Positions 25,956 through 39,008 of a stretch of 64,000 nucleotides of DNA are shown here, one piece after another. This DNA comes from Lepidodermella squamata (lineage: Eukaryota; Animalia; Gastrotricha): positions 1,364,001 to 1,428,000 of the forward strand of contig JBLDXI010000026.1 of NCBI GenBank assembly GCA_047495785.1. The letters run 5' to 3'. The notes under the pieces are model-generated. The model made no database searches and had not been told where the DNA came from. It saw only the letters and a list, made by a program, of their open reading frames with translations. Each line of letters starts with the position of its first letter. Position 1 is the stretch's first letter. A program made the translations under genes and the position numbers.

Positions 25956-28900
25956 ATGACGGAAATTTTATGCAATTGGTTGAATAACGAAGCGAAAATA
26001 TCCAAAAATATTGGTAATCAATGGGACTAGTTTCCATGCGCAACCTAATTGTTTATTGGTTCTAGATATTGCTCACTTCGCATCTGAATTCGCATCTGGG
26101 TATTTAATTGGCGAATTACTGCATAAGTATGGTCTTCAGGAAGACTTCGATCAGTTTACGCCTACAACGTAAGTTTAGATATTAATTCAGCAGTACCTAA
26201 CAATTTATTTCGTGTATTCAAGGGCGAGTAATTCCAAGCTCAACAACTTCTCACGTATCGAACCGACTATTCATCTTCTCGATATTCCATTTGACACTCA
26301 AATAGCACGCGATATAATGGACGCTAAGCCAGGCGCTGCCGCTAAATTGGTTTACGAGCTTTTTATTGCACTGACGAGAAAAGAGCGGGCCGGTCTCACG
26401 GGAACTGCAATGGAAACCATGCGTCCTAAAGCGCCTGCTAAGTTGCATGCTCTTGCCGGCCAAGTATACAGAGACGTATGTTTGTCTAAATTTCGTTGTT
26501 ATTAAAGATTACGCTGATTAAATGGTTCGAATAGGATATTGAAACCGAGGTATCAATGATTACTTTTTTACCGTTATATAGCATTACAATAATAGTACTT
26601 CTGTAGTAAATTTCACATGAAGGCATGGCATGTGATAGCCTGATTAGCGTGCTATGGAACAACGGAAACATGAATATCATACGGATCTATTTACTTCCTA
26701 GTAACATATAAAGCATAAAATAACGAAATTATCATCAAGAGTCTGCATGATGATTAATTCTGCATGTTATACGAGTAGAATTTTCTTTCTTCTACTCTGA
26801 AATAGATAATACTTTTCATTTTTCGATTGAAATATTGAAATACCATTTTCATTTCAGGAATTATCTCGCAAAGTACCCAGGGAAAGTATTTTGCAGCTGG
26901 AGCGCATTAGTCAAACTTATAATGAACGGCAAAAGAAATACGAAGCTTTCAAGTTTAAAGAGAGATTGGAAGAAGACGAGCGTAGACGAAATGCTGTTGC
27001 GGATGCGCAAGAGAAAGAATCCCAGGAAAGAAAAAGGCGTCAGGCCCTACAAGCTGAGCTGTTCGCTCGCCTTCGCGCAGCCAAGTACGACGTTTCTGAT
27101 TTTGTTCCAACTCAAGCGCAGCTTAGCGAAGGAGAGAGACAAAATGCGAAACGTCTACGAGAATTACGCTCCGCAATGAAACATATTGATACATTTGAGA
27201 AGCGCCTAGAAGAAACCCGCCCAATGGTCGCGCTATCTGACGCCGAACTAGTTGCCTACGTGAAGAGAACGCAACAACTTCAAGAAATGGGCCTTGATAC
27301 TGACGAGTTCATGGCTCCAGATGTTAACTTGGAAGCCGTGGTTCAGAGCCAGAAAGCAGCCGCTGATAGCATGAATGATTATATGACTCGGATTAAGCGT
27401 CGGCTGAATGAAGAGCGAGCTGCTCGAGTCGAAAGAGAGAAACGCAGGAGGAAAGTGTTGCTTGATCAATTACGAGCTCGTGAGCAACAAGAGGAAGAAC
27501 GCCGTGAGCAGCTTCTATTAAATAGACTTTTGAGAAGAAGTCAACAAGAACGTAGAATTGCCGCCCAACTTCTGTCGATTCGCCGCGAGAAAGATAACAT
27601 TCGAGAAAATCGTCTTGCGGTGCAAAAAACTTATGCCGAAGCTCGAGAAGCCGAATTTAGGGCGGCTCTGGAGCAAAACGCTGCCATGTGTCGTTTAAAG
27701 GCTGCTGAGGATGAAGCAACTCTCATCGAAGCCAAGAGGACTCATCAGTATCTCCTCGAGCAGCGCCAGAAGGCTAAATACGAGAAACACTACGCCTCGT
27801 GCTGGGTAAGCTAGCTATTCAACAAAATCACATGTTTCATGCATTCCCATTTATAGGAATTATTCGAATCGGTCATCGATCTATCTTGTCGTTTTGCCGA
27901 GTATCGTCAAATGACAAACAAGAAGCCTGTTCCGTTGGGCCTGGCGAATGAGTGGAAGCGATTACTTATTGCTGGCTTACCTTTGTACGATTCTCAATCT
28001 CTGGTAGATTTGCCGCAAGAGGACATTAAACCTGTCTCGGAAATCGTCCCACCTCAAATTTTGTCATCAAACGCTCTGCAGCTGCTAGACCAGCTTGATT
28101 TCAGCGATTACTTGAGCAGCGAAGGAATATGGAAATATGTTGAGGATGGACCTATTGTTGAAGCTCCGATGCCAGACGCGCCTGTTCAGCAACAGCAGCT
28201 GAACCGAGTCTTGAAATTTGTCACTGACAAACTAGCAGCCGCTGCTTTTCCACCTCCGGTAAGATTTACCAAACATTGGAGTTTTATGAAAACTTGATTG
28301 CTTGTTTAGCCAAAACCCAAGACTGAAGCTCTGCCGCCAATTCGCTTGTTGGCTACCTTAGTTGGAAAGCCTTTTGCTGGAACTTCAACTGTTGGCATGG
28401 AGCTATTGAAGAACGAGCAAATCAAGCTTTTCACCCTCGGGGAGTTAGTCGACGCTGCCCTGAAATTGAGCGAAGAGCCTGAAGATGAAGAGGCCGAACT
28501 GCTGCCCCTCGCAGCCCCCGAGTCCGAGATGGAAAAGCCGATGGGAATTGATTCATCTAGCCGGCAACCCTCGAGCGATCAGCCACCCGATGTTCAAAAA
28601 GTACCCGAAAACCCACAGACTGGCGAGACTGCACCCGTCTCTACCGCTCCAACCCAGCCATCAACTGTCCAACCGGCTCAGCCTGGCGTAGAGCAAGACG
28701 GAACAGTTGTGACTGAAAGCGAGCCGCCACCGCCTCCACCAGTTGATGAAAAATTACTTTTCAGACGAAAGCGGAAAGATCTTGCGTGCCAACTAGCGGC
28801 TCAGATAAAATCGGGCCTACCGGTCCCAACTGAAATTTTAGCCCAGCTCGTCGTCGACGAACTGCGTGCGATTCCGGAGGATGAAAGCCGCAACGAAATC

Positions 28901-31900
28901 GTGATAATCACCGGGTTTCCGTCGACTTTGAACGAAATTCGCCTATTTCAATCTATTGCGAGCGGATTTGATGGAGCTGAGGAGGGTATGGCCGACGCAG
29001 CGGCTGTCGCCGTTCTACAGCAAGGTCCAAAGCCGAAATTCCTGGACTTATGCATTGTTCTAGATTGCCCCGATGAGGTCTCCCTTGCGAGGAATGCGTT
29101 GATCAACGGAGGTTCGGATCCTAGTGCCATAAATCCTAATAGCCAGGGTCTGGAACAACGTCTTGTTTGGTTTTCCGAACGTTGGCCTGAGGTTGAGGGC
29201 TATTTAGCTAAGAATAACGTGAAAATTCAACGCATTGACGCGTCGAATTCTGTTGAGGAGGTGACTATTGCTGCCTTATGGACAATTGAGCAAAGAATTT
29301 CCGAGGTAAGTAAAAAAAATTGAAAGAATTTCGTAAAATTGACCGATTTAAACTTGACAGCTCGAAGCTCCTCCTCCGCCACCACCAGAACCAGAGCCTG
29401 AGCCGGAACCTGAGCCAGCTTTACTGGAAGTTGTGACCGAAGCTCCGCCACCTACCCCACCTCCTCCTACTCCTCCTCCGCCAGGTTTGATCAAATTTCC
29501 GAGATATTTGGTGCAAAAAAATCACCATTTTTACTTCGTTATAGAATTTTGTTCAATTGCACATACATTTGAGTTTTGATAATTTTTATGTTAATTGCAC
29601 ATGTTCAGCTCCAGCGGCGAAAAAGGGCGATAAAGGGAGAGCGAAAAGCCCGAAAGGCGGCGACAAATCAGGGAAAAAGGCGCCTGGTAAGAAAGTAGAA
29701 GGTTCGCACTTGAGTTGCTGCTTTTTTAGTTTTTACTTTATCCGCCTGCATGCTTCGCTTTTGACCATTCAAGGCAATTGCATCGTACCTATTGGCTAAA
29801 TTATTTTCCGAATTTTTGCAGGATCTCCCAAATCGCCGCCTAAATCGCCGAAAGGCGGCAAAAAAGGTGGCAAAAAGACGCCGGAACCCGAACCAGCCCC
29901 GGTTTCAACCGCGCCCCCAGTTCCACCTGGGCCAACCCCTGATCAAGTTGAGTGGGTTTTCGTCGATCGCCCAATCACTCAAGAAATTACCGTCGTTCTC
30001 GCTGAAATTTGGCGCAATGCCGTTGCAACTTACGGACTCGATTGCCAGAGAGCATTAAGGTAGATTTATCGCTAATCAACGAAAATTTTATTTAACATCC
30101 TCGTTTCTTAGGGGAATTCGTTTGGAACGAGAGCAATTGGTTCGATTTTTGTACCGAGTTCGTGTCGACTTGGCAACTATGCTTCAGCAACCTGATACAA
30201 AACGCGATTTCGTCGCCGTTTTCTGCCGAGATTTTAACAATTCAATCTCTGGTGACATGCGAGTTGTCGATGATGAAACTCGTTCCGAGCTGCACCAACG
30301 CTGCGATGATCTGCGCGATAGATTATGGGCGATTTGCGAGCGGAAACGAGCCGCGGCCGAAAAGCGGCGCATGGATATTGCAACGAGTGGCTGGCTGGAA
30401 GAGCGCGTCAGCATTGTTTTGAATCACTTGATTCGGCTGATGCAGGCTGAAATCGATCGATTCCACGCCGGAGTTTGCATGTTGCGCGACTATTACCGGG
30501 CTATGGACTCGCCGATTCCGGAAAGCTACGTCCACCCAGCTGTGAAATTGCCGCTTTATCAGCTGCCCTCCGAGGAATCGCTACTCGCTGAGTTGGGCGT
30601 TGAAACAGCGTCGCCAAATCCGGTTGAACAGCAAACGACTCAGAGCCAAATTTCGACGAGTGCTCAGCCCCCGCGGCCGGATAGCCGTAGTAGGTCGAAG
30701 AAATCAAGGAGCCCGAAACCATCAGGCGAACCTGACCCTAATCCAAGCGTGGTTCAAGCAGCTTCAACCGTTCCTATCAACCTTGAAGTATTTTTAAGCT
30801 GGATTTTTTCGCACGATTTCAACGATTTGTTGTAAATTAGGTGATTCCGAGACGTCCACGAGAATTGCAGCCAACTATAACGTCGCTGCCCGAAGCCTTG
30901 GCGCCTGGGGATAAGAAACGCCGCCCTTCAGCTGGGAAACGGCCGGCTGAGAAGAAGGGCAAAGGTATGGTGAACAACATAAGGGCTCTTAACGCATTGA
31001 TTCTAATTTTCAAGAACTAATGCCTTGTTGCCCTTAGCCTTAACTTTATTTATCGAGCCAGAGAGTGATGAAGAAGATGAAGGTTTATTTATCGCATGAC
31101 CGAATCGATGTTTCGCACTGTAGAATTTTCTCTTGATAATGGAAAAAAATGATGTGAATTCGACCAAAAATTTCGTCTTCTCGTACGTCTAGCGCGCGCA
31201 CAAGCATCCAGAGCCGATAACACAAGTAAAACCCCGAATACAGATCGACAATTTTTCCCTTTATTCTTTCTATATATACCTGCTTGTTTGAATGCCGTGT
31301 TTCGCACCTTTTTGAATGCTCTTCTTTATATATCAATATTTGGAAAATTTTCCGCTTGATATTATGAATTTTCTCGCACTCAAGGTTTTGTGGTTGAATC
31401 AATGAATTATGTGATGTTTTGCGCATTTTTTGATCGCGAATGTAGCACATAGAAACGCAGCCGATTTTTTGAACCTTGCTTGCATTCCACCCTTGTTACG
31501 CCTGAATTAGATTTCCGGAATTCTGATTTTTTTATCGAATTTTTCAGGGAAAGACGCGATGACCCTACTTGCGGAAGCTAGACGTATCGAACCGTCGCAA
31601 ACGTTGCCGAGCGATTTAGAGCTTCGTTTGTTGTTCGATTCGTGGTGGGGCGCGTTTTCATCTGTCCATAATTTGTCGACTATCGAACAAATTATGACGG
31701 AAAAAGAGCGAGAAGCCGCCGAGGAAGCTCGCGTGGCCATGCTAACCGAACGAATGGCCGCTGCGGGAGTTGCAGCTGCCGAAAAAGAGAAGGAAAAGGA
31801 GAAAGATAAGAAGAAAGCCGGCGCTAAGGGCGGTAAACGATCACCATCTCCGCAAAAAGGCCGATCGCCATCCCCCAAAGCCGTGATCAATCCTGGAGAT

Positions 31901-34692
31901 TTAGGTAATGTTCTGAAAAAAAAATCGAAATTCAAATTCAAAATTTTAATTCCAGATTCTGGAGAAACCCCGGAAGAGAAGGAAAAGCGGATACAAAAGG
32001 ATAAAATGCGCCAGGAATTTCTATTCGCAATCGACACTGATGGTAATATTTTTGATGGATTAATTTTTCTCGAAAAAAATTGGTTTACTAAACAGAACGA
32101 GCCACAAAAATTCGCCTTGAAATGATCAAAGCCCGTGGTCAAATAATAATCGAAGAAATGAAACGAGCATCGGCTACCTCGTTGGACGCTATGACTGAAA
32201 TGGCCGGTCAGCGGTTTTTGTTCGAAATGACAGCGGTTGACCAACTGCTGGCCTACATGCGCAACTGCATCGAGCAAACCTCGCCGTTGAATGCCGACTT
32301 GATTTTAGATGGCGACAAATTTTGGGCACTTTTCGGCGATGAGCGAACTCAGGCGAGCCGATTTTTACGCACTGCAACGTTACCACTTCCGGCTCCTACG
32401 GTAATATTTCATTTCCCGGTGTTTCCTATGTAAATTTAATTTAATTTTAAGATGGATTCTATGTTGACGATGCCGGGGCCGATTGAAATATCGAATACGC
32501 CTGATGTTGGGCAAACATTTCCGATACAACAGCTATACACTTTGCACCAGCAATTTGTCCGGTTCGCCCCGTCCGGTATCATGGAAATACGGGCGTTTGA
32601 AGAGCTGGTTAGGGATGTTGGCTCTGAATTATTTTCTTCGGCTGGCAACGCCCCGCTGGGCGGACCTACTGGATCTAAGCGGCAGCTGCTCAGTCCAACG
32701 GCAGTTGGTAAGAATTTTTCAATTTGCTTCCTGTTAAAATTATCTTCCTCAACTAAATTGGTTGATTTTGTGTACTCAATAATTGCTACAAAAATTACGC
32801 ACATTCAATAGCAAAAAATTCTCGTGACTCGTATTAGACCGACGCACTGCTGGCTATAAAAAAATGTATCACATTGGTTTACTGCCCTTTTTTATTTGTG
32901 ATGCATCTGCTCGTCGTGATTTAACAATACCTCATTTTCAATTATGTCTTCACTCATTTGGGCGCGCTAAAACTTCGTAATGGTCTAAACATCACTCTCG
33001 AGGCCTTTATATTTAAAATATTCACTTTTCGGCCTATGGCTTGGTGTAAATTTTCAACATCCTGGTCTGAAATTTTATTTCCGGCCAATTTCTATATTAT
33101 TATGAAACCCCTATAGGTTAAAGAAATTATTTAGAAATGCCCAAAATAGGTCGAAGAAAACTTATTGGGCGCAAGAGAAAGGGCAAGGGTAAAGGTAGCT
33201 ACGTCAAGAAGGCTGATCGATTGCCTGCCCTTGAAGTATCGCAAGATTCTATCGAGCAATCAACCGACAGTTGCAACTCATCAACCGCCTCATCCATGTC
33301 GCCGATAAAGCTGAAAATTCCACGGTTTCACATCGCGAACGATTCTAGTAGTAATAACAGTGGCTATTGGCAGTCAAAGTACCCGAAGATTGACTCGTCG
33401 TCAGGAAAACCGAAAATAACAATAACTTTGAGGTTCAAGTCGAAATGTGATGAAGCACCTCTCGATCTTTCATTCCCGAAACCGTTGCCTAGAATAGATT
33501 TATGGGAGGATGAGGATGAAATTATTCCGCTGGATTTAACTCTACCTAGATCATCCGATCAATAAAAATTGAAGCGTTTTTAATATGAAGTTTTAAATCG
33601 AGTGATGGAAATAAAAAATGGATTTTCTGGAGAAATAATTTGTTTATTTTTTTTTTCTAGCCGAGTTGGCTCAGATGGTGGCAGTCGACGGAGATTTCGC
33701 CGATTGGCGCCTGTTACTGCTCTGTCTCGCCCACCCCTGGCCAGTCCCGAGCCGGTCTGACATCGTTACGATGCTCATCCGCTTCCGAGACATGGACCAG
33801 CGCCGCCTGTCCTCGCTATCCCGGCCGCAATACAACCGCGTTGAGTTGTGGTTCGCAGGCAGTCCGATCGAGCAAGCTTTCTCGACTAAAGACCTGAACG
33901 CCCCCAAACGACCGCCATCAGCCGGCGACGTTGTGTGGCGGGGCGGCCTGGCTCAGCCTGCGCCGCAGCAAAGCAACTCGCAGGAGTCGATCTCACCAGG
34001 CGATGCCCGTCTACAGCAGTTCCGCGACTTCTTATTCGACATATTTTCAGAACAGCCGCATGGCGCCGATTTGCCACCACACATGCAGCAGCCTCGTATT
34101 GATTACGTGACAATGTTGTCCTATGTCGCGCGTGTTCCAGATGGCACGGATTCGTTGGTGAAAATGTTGTCGCTAGCCCTGGCTGATCACATAACGACGA
34201 GCAAGTCGGCGAAATCTGTATCGTCGAAGGGCCAGCAGGACGCGTGGAATTCGTCCGTCCTGCGCCTGGCGGCTGATGCGAGCCGCGAGGGCCTTCGCGT
34301 GCCTATTGAACCGCTTTTCCGCGTGCTGTCCACCCACATTCGCATGCGGGCGAGCCACAGCCGCGTTGGAGATGCGGCGGCTAAGGAAGAGCGCGTGCTT
34401 AAGGTGAGTGGCTGTGAGACTCAAAATAAGTCTTTTTTTATCGATTTTCTATAGGAAAAACTGCAAAGTGTTTTTGCCGAGTTGAATTTCGGCCGAGCTC
34501 CGGATGATGCTGTCTCTGTTGGTGTCTTATTGAAGCACCCTGTTACTGAGGAAATTATGAACGCGGCTGCGGCAAATTTCCGCGCGCCGGTAAGTACTTG
34601 AATTTTTTTAATCATAAGTTCGAATTTTTTCATTTTTTTTCCAGCATCCGAAATCAGTGTTCCGAGTGTTTCAAGAAATGGATAAGGAATAG
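25956..34692 (+). CDS. SPEF2: Sperm flagellar protein 2 (KPL2/CPC1), multi-exon
   Basis: N-terminus MTEILCNWLNNE..FASEFASGYLIGELLHKYGLQEDFDQF..SKLNNFSRIEPT (CH domain); coiled coil; adenylate-kinase-like GKPFAGTST; DDETRSELHQRCDDLRDRLW; EF-hand-like DWRLLLL..PWP. Stop TAG at 34690-34692. Confidence 0.93.
33137..33565 (+). CDS. Nested intronless ORF (142 aa) in a SPEF2 intron; basic NLS, PLDLS and PLDLT motifs
   Basis: Clean ATG-TAA ORF inside intron ~32708-33660; AATAAA overlaps the stop; its composition differs from the flanking AT-rich intron. Confidence 0.6.
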   Translation: MPKIGRRKLIGRKRKGKGKGSYVKKADRLPALEVSQDSIEQSTDSCNSSTASSMSPIKLKIPRFHIANDSSSNNSGYWQSKYPKIDSSSGKPKITITLRFKSKCDEAPLDLSFPKPLPRIDLWEDEDEIIPLDLTLPRSSDQ

Positions 34693-34853
34693 AAGATCTT
34701 GACTTATTGTTGCCACAAAAATATTTTATTCTCCGCATCTCATTCTGTGATTTTTATGAATTTATCAAAAATATTATATTATGATACTCAACGAAAATAA
34801 AATTTGGTCTTATCGCACCAGGTTGATTTTTTAAAATGGCTATAATTAAATAT

Positions 34854-35992
34854 TTAGCCGATTGTCACAGCGTGTAATTGTTGCCGCCGGTGTCTATTGA
34901 TCGGCGGTCGATAAGAATAAGTCGCATCCACCCTGGAAACTCGCCCACTGATGCCGCTCATTTTGCCGCTGCCGTCGTAGTTGTTGACATCGAGATGAAG
35001 CTTGAATTCAACGCTTGGAATCGATAGCCGTGTATTTTGCTTCTTGACAGCTGGAACCACCGGTGTGGGGCTATAATAATAAAAATATTTAAAATATTAA
35101 TCAAGAAATAGAGAAAATACTTACTCGGATTCTGAAACAACGGCGTTAGGAATAGCCTCGATAGAAGGTGAGGACGAATGCTGCATATCGTGTTTTGAGC
35201 ACACGCGGCTGTGACGGTACGGCTGTTGAAGTTCGGGAGCACTTACGCAGCCCTCAGGTATTTCAAATGGAACAGAAGCCCGGAAGTCTGAAAGCAAACA
35301 TTTTCGAAAATATTTGTAATTTTAGTTGAATTCAAGCTATTACTATCACGATTGGAGCTTCTTGCATAAGACTCGACCCAATGTCCACCATTTGAGTTAT
35401 TCGCATTGGACACAGCGGCGCTATTTGCTTTGTCGATTTCTTGAAAAATCGCCGCAAAGCCGAACACTCGTTCTTCGTTTGCAGTCCGAACGACATATTT
35501 CCTCATTTGCTCAAGTCTTTGCAAAAGATCCGGAAGCACGTTATCACTCATTTTATGTCGAGATTTTGCAGGAGGTGGCGGTGTTGAGTCTTCATTTTCT
35601 TGGCTGCTGTTGTTAAAATAAGTAACAGCATTCTCATCGGTATTCGCATTTTCAGCGGGATTATTCACAGGTTTGCCATTGTATGACGAGGTTCTCTTCA
35701 GAATTTGTGCGCGCGATTTTTGCTGCGAAGCCGGTAATTTGTGCTTACTAGCTTTAGGCGTGTTTGGCGGTCGATTCGATTTAGCTTTGAGTGGAAGCGC
35801 TGACAAATCGCCTTGTAGCGGGTCTGGGTAAGGAAACTCTTCAGGCGCAGGTACATCCAAAGGCCAACGATCGATTTTGTGTTCAAGTACCACGATCAAA
35901 GAGCCTTCTATTCGAGTCACCGTCGGACCGGTGTTATGATCAGGATTTATTGCAGCTGATTTCCGACGAGCTGATACTTGATTGTTACCCAT
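34854..35992 (-). CDS. Orphan, largely disordered protein with possible N-myristoylation (3 exons: 35992-~35344, ~35287-35125, ~35070-34854)
   Basis: Start MGNNQVS follows an AG acceptor; two ~55-nt GT-AG introns join three open frames with matching phases (1 and 2). No recognised domain. Confidence 0.6.
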
Positions 35993-36829
35993 TCTCCTAT
36001 AGCCGATAAAGTGCCTAACCATTGTTATTAAAAGAAAAATATAACGGTGTTTGTGAACGGTTCGCAAAGAAATGATATGGCTAAGAGTAGTATTTGCAAT
36101 CATCATCAATAACTTCCTTGAGAAAACAGATATTGCTGCGTCGTAAGAACGACAGCGCTTCAACCTTGTTATTTTAGTGATCATCGATTAGCATGCTACT
36201 CAAGCCGCATGAATAAAAAATTAAAAATTGCGTAAAAAACTGCAGTTACCAAGATAAATTATCGACTGAGAATTTAACGTGGGAAATAATAATAATAAAA
36301 AATGCGTTATACACTTTTCTATCGTGCACATTGGGCATTATTATATAGTGTGCACGACGGCCGTGCACGATGAAAATGTCAGTCTCACTTTTGTCAGGCT
36401 TTAAAAATCATTTCGGTCGATTTTAAAAATAACCGGGCAGAATAAAACGGTTAAATTTTATATCAGCATTATCGGGCTAAGGAGGTCTATGTAATGGATC
36501 AGATCATTTATTTACAATTTGTCGCGTTTAGAATTTAGCTGTGCACGACGGATCTTGCACGACCTAGTAAGGACCAGTAATTAAATCGCCGATAATTACC
36601 GCGCCCGTACTCAAACATATATAATATAGGGAATAGTGCGCGCACCTTGATAGGTTATTAGCGCGCGCGGGACGCTGTACTCAAACATGAAACCGTATTT
36701 ATTACCTTAAAAATCGGTAAAATCAGAAATAATATTTCTTGTTTTGAGATTTTAATTTTAATTTTTATTGGACGCCTTCTTCGTCGGCCTCCTTCGTCGG
36801 CGCGAGCGCGCTATTTTAATTTCTACCAA

Positions 36830-37979
36830 CTGACCCATCCTTCTCATTTCTACATTTTTGATCTATAGCCATCAAGGCCGAGAAGCGTCCAATTGGGTCT
36901 GGTTTGTTGCTACTAAAATCGGGAAAATCAGACAAAATATTATTACCTTATTTCGTGTAATTTTTTGTGGACGCGCCTCCTTCGTCGGCGCGAGTAATAT
37001 TTTTAAATAATTATTGGGAGCGCTCGGCGCATTGTTCTTGCGTATTTGCGGTTTCATTTTAACTCTTTAATTCAATCTGGGACACGCTCCCTGCGGTCGC
37101 GTGTTCGTTTTAAATTGGGTCATTTATTTTCTCTCGTGGCTACCTCATTTTTTAATCTGGTTTATTTATTGTCTTCAGGGCCATTGCTTGATAATTATAA
37201 TTGAGATAATAGGTAAAATCAGGAATAATTTTTTTTTCTGGACGCGCCCCCCTGCGGTCGGCGCGCATCCCTGTTTTTTCGGGTCATTTATTGTCTCTTT
37301 GGCCGCAAAGAAGCGCGTGCGCAATAATAGTGACCTGGGTCATTTAATTGTGTCAGGTCAATTATCGGAGCGCGCCTCCCTTCGGTCGGCGCGCACGTGC
37401 CATCTTCTGGGTTTCGGTTTTTTACCGGGTTGGGAATGTGACCCAGGTCATGAAATTATTACGGGAGCGCGCCTCCCTTTGGTCGGCGCGCATATGCCTT
37501 TATACAGGGCTTGAGATTTTATTACAGGTAATGGAATGTGACCTGGGTCACGTTTTTTGGCAGGGCCGGGCGGACGCGGCAGGGGTCTCATTAATTTTAC
37601 GCGGCAGCCCTATGGAATCCTAGTGGGCTGCCGCTGCGGCTGTCGTGATCAACAAAAAGGGGTGTTTTCCTCTATTTTCGGAAAAAGTTGAAATTTTCAA
37701 AAAATCGTAGAAAAACAACGGTTTATGACAGGGCGATTTGGAAATCAGATTCCAAGAGACAATTTGCGTCTGAATATGGAAAAAATTAGCAAGACGTAAG
37801 CACACCTCCACAGCGAATAAGCGACAGGTCTATTGATGTCTTATCAAATGAAAAATGGGTGTTATTTTTAATAATTGTAATTTTCATATAAATTAAAATA
37901 AATTTAACCAGAAACAAATGGACGCTTCTCGGCCTTGATGACTATAGATCAAAAGTGTAGAAAGAGAAGGATGGGTCAG
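36830..37979. mobile_element. Non-autonomous element with ~75-bp terminal inverted repeats containing the U2 snRNA 5' end; internal GC hairpin repeats
   Basis: 36830-36904 is the reverse complement of 37906-37979 with few mismatches; no credible ORF; repeated GCGCCTCCTTCGTCGGCGCG-like hairpins. Confidence 0.75.
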
Positions 37980-39008
37980 AAAGGCATCCTAGTTATCTAA
38001 TTTTTTTTTCGTAATTTGGAATTTGCATATTTTACGGCTATTTATAATGGCCTTGTTCCTTCGGTCAATCTCTATAAATTTGAAATGAAATGATGAAAAA
38101 TAGGTGAAAACATTTCTCTGGCGCCTTGACCTATATTTCGGAATACGCGCGCACTCGGGTAATTAGCGTGGCCGACTATATTATTGCTGTTAATTATGGG
38201 CTGAATTTTATATAATTTGTATCTCGCTGATTTTTCACTCGATTTTCATCGGGTAAAATTTGTTAGTCTTCGCTTGACGAATATTATGTGGCTGCAAATT
38301 TTCAATTTTTTTAAATTAAAATTGGGAGAATTATAGCGTTTTGAAATTTTAAAGTACTGGCATGTGTGAATGACCTAGTGCGTGTGCACGATGGCCTGGT
38401 AACGGTTGTGCACACTAATATTAGGCACTGTGCACGAAAAAAAGTGCAGCCTAATTTTTTTAGCGCAATTTGAAAAATTGACGAGAAAATTCTGCACTGA
38501 AAAACTGAATACCGGCCGCTGCCTTATACAAAAAATTACGCGAGTTGCCGAGCAATGCAAATTAACGTACGAACACCTGACAAAGGGGCTTTGAGAGAAA
38601 GCTATTCACCGGGTAAAAGCCACATCAAATCATGATGAATATTCCAGCGACTGATGAAAAATTGTAGGGTTGTGTGCGAAAAGCGCACAAGCGAAATGAG
38701 AGTAATAAAACAGCTAAACGAGATGAGAGCAACAAAATGGGAGCAGAACGACGAAGGAGCAATTGCTGATGATAGAAATTTAGGTCAAATCGGCACGCGA
38801 CCTATTTCTAGCGAATTTCAAGTGAATCACGACCGATTGAGTAAGCTGAGTTAACGCTCACTCGATTTTATGAGAAAAACTCAATCTACGTACCAATCCT
38901 CGATTTAGCACTCGTAATTGCTTTTTCGTCGTTTCGCCTCTCTACTCTCTTACATATCTACTCTTTTCGAACGCAGACAATTTTTGGTGTAAAAACAAAA
39001 AATGTTGG

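Noticed and set aside
26744-26802. ATGATGA...CTGA in a long SPEF2 intron (possible C/D snoRNA)
   Set aside because: Only ~53 nt box to box, the guide region is tied up in a GAGTAGAA/TTCTACTC hairpin, and I recognise no rRNA complement.
35993-36184. N-terminal 64 codons of ORF 35243-36184
   Set aside because: Probably non-coding; an acceptor AG precedes the better start MGNNQ at 35992.
36770-37500. Spaced GC-rich palindromic repeats resembling a CRISPR array
   Set aside because: Eukaryotic context, degenerate repeats, irregular spacing and no cas genes; these are TE-internal hairpins.
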